Virus record (IMG/VR): IMGVR_UViG_3300030117_003369
Span: 1-64,000 of that record
Strand: one strand, 5' to 3'
Source of the DNA: a virus
DNA length: 64,000 nt
A model generated the notes under the pieces. That model made no database searches, was not told where the DNA came from, and saw nothing but the letters and a program-made list of their open reading frames with translations. The translations under genes were made by a program, and so were the position numbers. Within the stretch, counting starts at the first letter, position 1. Each line of letters starts with the position of its first letter. Positions 62,501 to 64,000 of this stretch are shown here, in pieces.

Positions 62501-64000
62501 AATGAATTGTAATTCCTTGGTCGCCACTGGTACCGGCATCATCTGTTAATTGCAACACTCCCGACTCAGGGAATCCAAGATAGCCCAATACATCAGGGTG
62601 AGTTAGTGTATCTCCTGTGCTGTAAGGTGCAGTAAGGGTGACATCTAATGTAACCCCTGTACCAGCAGACTTGTTACAAGTTGCATGTATTCCCACAGAC
62701 GGCGAAGGATAGTTATTCCAAAGGTTACCTTTGTATGGCTTAGCAGTACCTCCACTTTTTTCACCGCACACTTCACCTGTACCAACCATATGTTTACCAA
62801 TTGTAAATCCACCCTGTGCTACATCTTTGTCATCAAAGTAAATTACAACCTCTTCGTCAAATGTAGGTGGAACCATTGTTAAGTCGTTACCAAATGGCTT
62901 GTCACATTCTTTGTACACCATTCTGATAGTATGATTGTTGCCGATGTGGTCTGTAAATCTAAATCCGTATAGGTTGCCGTCACCTATGTTGTCAGGTTTC
63001 ATTTGCTCTTCAGGAATGTAACCAGTTGGATTGCTACTTGTATAAATCGTGCTACCTAACATGGCGGTAGCAGCGTTAGATGCGTTACCATATATTGCTT
63101 TGAATCTAGCCTCTCCATCTCTACCCATACCCCATTTGCCAGTATTAGGTGCCCAGCCCGGAATACCAGCCTGTGTCAAGCCACCAAAGTTAATGCGGGC
63201 CTTTGCAGTAGTTCCAATTCTGAGTCCATCCACCATTGTAGAAGATGGGCTTTTCGTTTCAAACGACTCGTTGATGACAGTGTTTGAGTTTCTACCCGAA
63301 GCGTTTTCACGGAATGCATCTGTCTTTTGTGTAGAACCAGCGACAGTTTCGGGACCGAGACTTAGATTGTTTTCAAACGAGTCTAATGTTTCTTCAGGCG
63401 GTATGAACTCTTTGAGGGTAGTGATTGGTGCAAACGGTCTGCCAAATCTATTGATTGGCATAGGCGCAGGGTGCATGTTTTCACCTGTCATTTCGTCAGG
63501 CTGGCACCAATAGTTACGGAATCTGCCACCATGCCCTATCAAATACTGTGGGCGATAAGGACTCTGCGCACGACTGTTGTCTAACCAAACACAGAAGTTT
63601 CTCCCCTGTGCACCCGGTACTGTAGAATGTATGACTACAGAGAAACCTTCTTTACCATTAGAGTCTAACATAACTCTACCAAGGTGAGCACGGACATACC
63701 CCATGTGGCTACCCTTATCGTGACTAGAGAATCCTTTCTTGATATCCCAAAATGGCGCAGGGTCGTGAGTAGAACCTGTGCTTTTACCTAAGTGCTGTTC
63801 TGCAGTTTTCTTGACATGCGTTCTACCATTCTTAGCACCGGCTTGGTTGATTAGTCTAACAACTTCAAGTGCAGCAGATTCTATGTTAGTGACACCATCT
63901 CTTAGTGCCACCTCGCCAAGATCGACTGTCAAACGGCGCACGAAATCCATCTGAGTCCAGTGGTCTAAGTGTTGCAGGCGGGTTTCTTCATGCCCACTTA
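53598..64000 (-). CDS. Giant virion structural protein (>3450 aa), 5' end outside the window
   Basis: Frame stays open from 63950 to the window edge. G/T/S/P/H-rich, within the late operon. Confidence 0.85.
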   Translation of the reverse strand, partial: SGHEETRLQHLDHWTQMDFVRRLTVDLGEVALRDGVTNIESAALEVVRLINQAGAKNGRTHVKKTAEQHLGKSTGSTHDPAPFWDIKKGFSSHDKGSHMGYVRAHLGRVMLDSNGKEGFSVVIHSTVPGAQGRNFCVWLDNSRAQSPYRPQYLIGHGGRFRNYWCQPDEMTGENMHPAPMPINRFGRPFAPITTLKEFIPPEETLDSFENNLSLGPETVAGSTQKTDAFRENASGRNSNTVINESFETKSPSSTMVDGLRIGTTAKARINFGGLTQAGIPGWAPNTGKWGMGRDGEARFKAIYGNASNAATAMLGSTIYTSSNPTGYIPEEQMKPDNIGDGNLYGFRFTDHIGNNHTIRMVYKECDKPFGNDLTMVPPTFDEEVVIYFDDKDVAQGGFTIGKHMVGTGEVCGEKSGGTAKPYKGNLWNNYPSPSVGIHATCNKSAGTGVTLDVTLTAPYSTGDTLTHPDVLGYLGFPESGVLQLTDDAGTSGDQGITIHYTSRSHYDHDGDTGASNKHYFYGCTGGRAITGNEGLLISPRINFTSVLTDEVIAAAVEFAMNADPTKDGNYFDCTHMFAPDGKTLAEWGVSPKAIKVRSNAKAKTPLNKLFEVSRGKDWGLVEGASSDAVVSTKHTGGLSDSERDDGTRLDVGYIPETVLHITTRYRGTNANTATPILVDNQNNPVDASTWQRNLRGDNYTSIAGDHIIPKVDSPMILLSADSGTELTTHSNSYLYSICVPGSDNAQAWGERFTIWWGSEEYAEVVSKPGAAVETKLTYGAATGVSANFASYCGNTDILMRNGDVKNGMKTDGVRRAGSKMSSPFLYFRGGRDSPDHWVPLYFGGGFSGVVMDVNDGTQNDYGDFYTHPYAGGPTGSAGLQNVGEIAGSYALLDTNAMLAMFPGTPYLDDHKGKNNPPLFNQDGILPFDMAKGANSKATGTTYTDSTNTVSVNLPSPIILRFAHPHARYTSSGDTNDQTIYMVFGPGQAFPHNSATFEPQGSNIVTTGNGYSAVPIYTTGDSPSFLPNQLANGHDTLSGFNRTLAASAHLPRTTFFQKNRLSAFNYDMNWEPTKGFPSVAVHASSGDSFAQTYDRAFYYEGSDFTSPHLTFPPTAHPFNHAFTDLAGNTLQSASHAATKKAFAIWHMDGGYHPGGHFLDNHVNLNPKHPIENGRLATGGTNKHNVSAFRPCGLLAEAYVAAYGSADDQVSDQNIVLIDATRVQNAEELGAVISASINTFPGKDPLKAIGGTFLPSMQNAHKQDRYGWVELAVNQYTAQSGGTAASVRVTSVATTLPDYGWLRFSDGTNSGYAPYISQSISAPNTTFTLGKSPALSTPSVIAIAAPGSAGYSTAAGLPTTGGSGTGLTVEITSVSAGRVTGVAITNAGSGYVAGELVIIEQGGSSGDARVSINTVIANSNVTDPTNMRDLTIDNTYKAYVWTKAGTHRHNNDNSVTARDHMCQVHYNGLIDAIDRTKPIGAVGWAGEAYSYLNSYTGTQIGSGVYPAGLGAWHPFLGFNPYGAAETCLASSAPVGTGDTATATFSDYCVNGLSSRHLIAITNESELPLIAKADRDGILCSGDWLMAKENGNILHAGTIQWDTGKVHNKSRYVAYANAGPRVEAQMHTGFTRPFDNTDYPATNAVPSDAEWHRTIQSGDMVQANACLHPTGDLYWDESIVKGSNFHEDFGTYGVECIGNSGIKDYLNPAAATTAMPHPGLFGYYQKRSAARNFSAEHVVWKRMDGGSLTMPAANARGLGAVPWVKRKDGGSYKLVGEKVLGNVRFSFESTNSAMFPVIQAQELAHPQLAEQHPIEIKNALMIPNEEMQFQSMTVVDDTGQEHRLEGGSPLGTVIMDFRHVSDREIQGLAPALAGTGVSPNMKIRLPNPDEIPGNIIVRPGFDRIQAYQNETIGSGGLQHPSQPVQHIKEIFDNTYAGPRLWPTWENNGWEHLSQDLTDVSIDKHEHRLNFPASTSEGWLDHTDNKPLTTSYEPHDRSLYFHVTKMGVSMTHRDDVDELTYSSYSGTEITVTSTPETATWTDSNELSGGRYFLRVYDPTTDKGVIASYTGVGTNKFTGVVYSPDFVEFVTGKTGLKVVPSYYMPAGSTRIFASRRLRDHSEYSGASPDMKITDWFTLYGALPANTGAMSRPSTAHTNIVKPKMTPMPVPRMGHHYVNPTMALMPGHYAHPAYQRLYQLNQSCRTSNNSPAIDSLIGTNEGTRTSATATTTTHEPGRDPYIYFSGPTAAFSPSDIHGGGFTLLTETKVKYEGYGIAASVGDAGSKNAAGGHELVLEAAGTYTLNNHFPDPMEVGAYQIVIQPNVFAQQLKGFHLNHSDAAKAPSESGDKVTELTGQQVNTVIAIEQDISTNGAHTLILSEAIMADVRGCEVIINEVILDIEPDSGSHFANIPSLGLYNPLGVQETTSPSLSRRSLPYKPGMFSSATPGYTVTIPWWGILHKDGATASGANKFKHLEWHKPDNYYEFCRMSYGCVGAQITIAGYPTSFMDIYEVHRRNRSLNPTCVVLATNSGGSTITVDNNDLFPVDPYYGEQLEYTKNGITYTATYGNRTGTLAHATLGVSTTFESVTGSAEFWANLAANAVLKLTRPYNTYASDSIYTDVKSSIATRLFPPKQLEERFGKSLVDGTGDTNSLHLPDAYLCMWHPNLGRPFTWYSDTATGGTRNFYDKTGVADTPIDKKPYNHLPEFFETIHYHDFNYVASKGPFGFAMKWVAPPHDHDNDGGTALSHDGSIYTAAQIDALVDGSGTLNHQGGTDSSEKYNFAGFWPGGSHGGGAVSRLESYATALIGWGGETHGMECGGFDDNTGVRTRTYAEMTSASAYARNYCFGYRFGIRQAYNRPRWANYVRGWLEVANANALLGYYHGPFVQQDTKSNGWDYVGTDTGSQSDITFNATYIGILERLTQISALLNQDQIGRQVRYSDGRRMTEPFGCAIRTIRNASTVRREYPGDHAGKGISELANAHRYYLVDWWGNTRGEDVRRFPVRGFGIRPSWDPEDAYKDTNVTHRPAAHDLFGGDGNDRYSGNANTANNDASNMGTADWFNPASAMRVGDRGDGRGVRWPTVFNESMLMDVSETHEATGLVLSHSTAEPAFGQGLVRPSNEILQPSEIDRGISARLDLADEDGLLKPSSSVGEGVETVTADTRLVDPVARDDIRMGLDVDTIAELNDGVSREYVIMSTEAASLHTDREVGQRTNLRGAMTGGSRTLGNFDLTALNFSTNPVAGITRFSNAHAYWPLGGTYIMEWSRHSGVLDVKGWGQTGVSTSSNPYQDANHDPIIQNTNFTDSKIEFLYRPAQVLDSKHIQFFRPAPVMKSSADQVGSNFYRATAGGKYGLFTSDAPGALTGTPSSPPYAPVYSITPGSSTTVPTSQGPKIEGVDVTGYDKTDIRSPVARVVMSENTLEHFRADASRKSPDDEEGDYNVQPRHSQTLHPKGSDGDASYNTGDHSGE

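Larger units (their letters stand above)
1..64000. mobile_element. Segment of a tailed archaeal dsDNA virus genome, probably a magrovirus (Poseidoniales/MGII virus)
   Basis: Archaeal-type replication genes (PolB, RFC small subunit, PCNA-like clamp, PriS-PriL primase, ERCC4, MCM-like helicase) and a group II chaperonin sit beside dense small ORFans and a giant virion-like protein. No ribosomal or other cellular housekeeping genes are present. Confidence 0.85.

Noticed and set aside
1-64000. tRNA or rRNA genes, integrase, capsid/terminase/portal genes
   Set aside because: None recognised by eye. Head genes probably lie outside the window, and tRNAscan-SE would be needed to exclude tRNAs

Overview
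This window is a 64 kb segment of a tailed dsDNA archaeal virus, most consistent with a magrovirus (viruses of Marine Group II / Poseidoniales). That assignment is inferred from gene content, not from a search. Layout: (1) 1-4700, minus strand, small late-oriented genes, most carrying a shared N-terminal 'P(F/M)(D/E)xAWxLLK' peptide, plus an HMG-CoA lyase. (2) 4700-6430, a strand-divergence point with a TATA-like promoter, a basic protein and a ~1 kb non-coding, heavily base-paired region. (3) 6440-34800, a plus-strand block of many short, translationally coupled genes, including three DNA methyltransferases, a DUF932-like protein, a SNF2/HARP helicase and a divergent ligase. (4) 34800-49000, an archaeal-type replication module: RFC, ATPase, PCNA-like clamp, PolB, Cas4-like nuclease, fused primase, ERCC4 nuclease, MCM-like helicase and thermosome. 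(5) 49000-64000, minus-strand virion/tail genes, including a >3450 aa protein truncated by the window edge and two ADP-ribosyltransferase-like genes. The best candidates for undescribed biology are the large structured RNA at ~5405-6420, the N-terminal tag fused to unrelated cargo proteins (a possible virion-loading system), and single genes bracketed by direct repeats of their own translation-initiation junction. All base-pairings were found by eye and all protein calls come from motif recognition.
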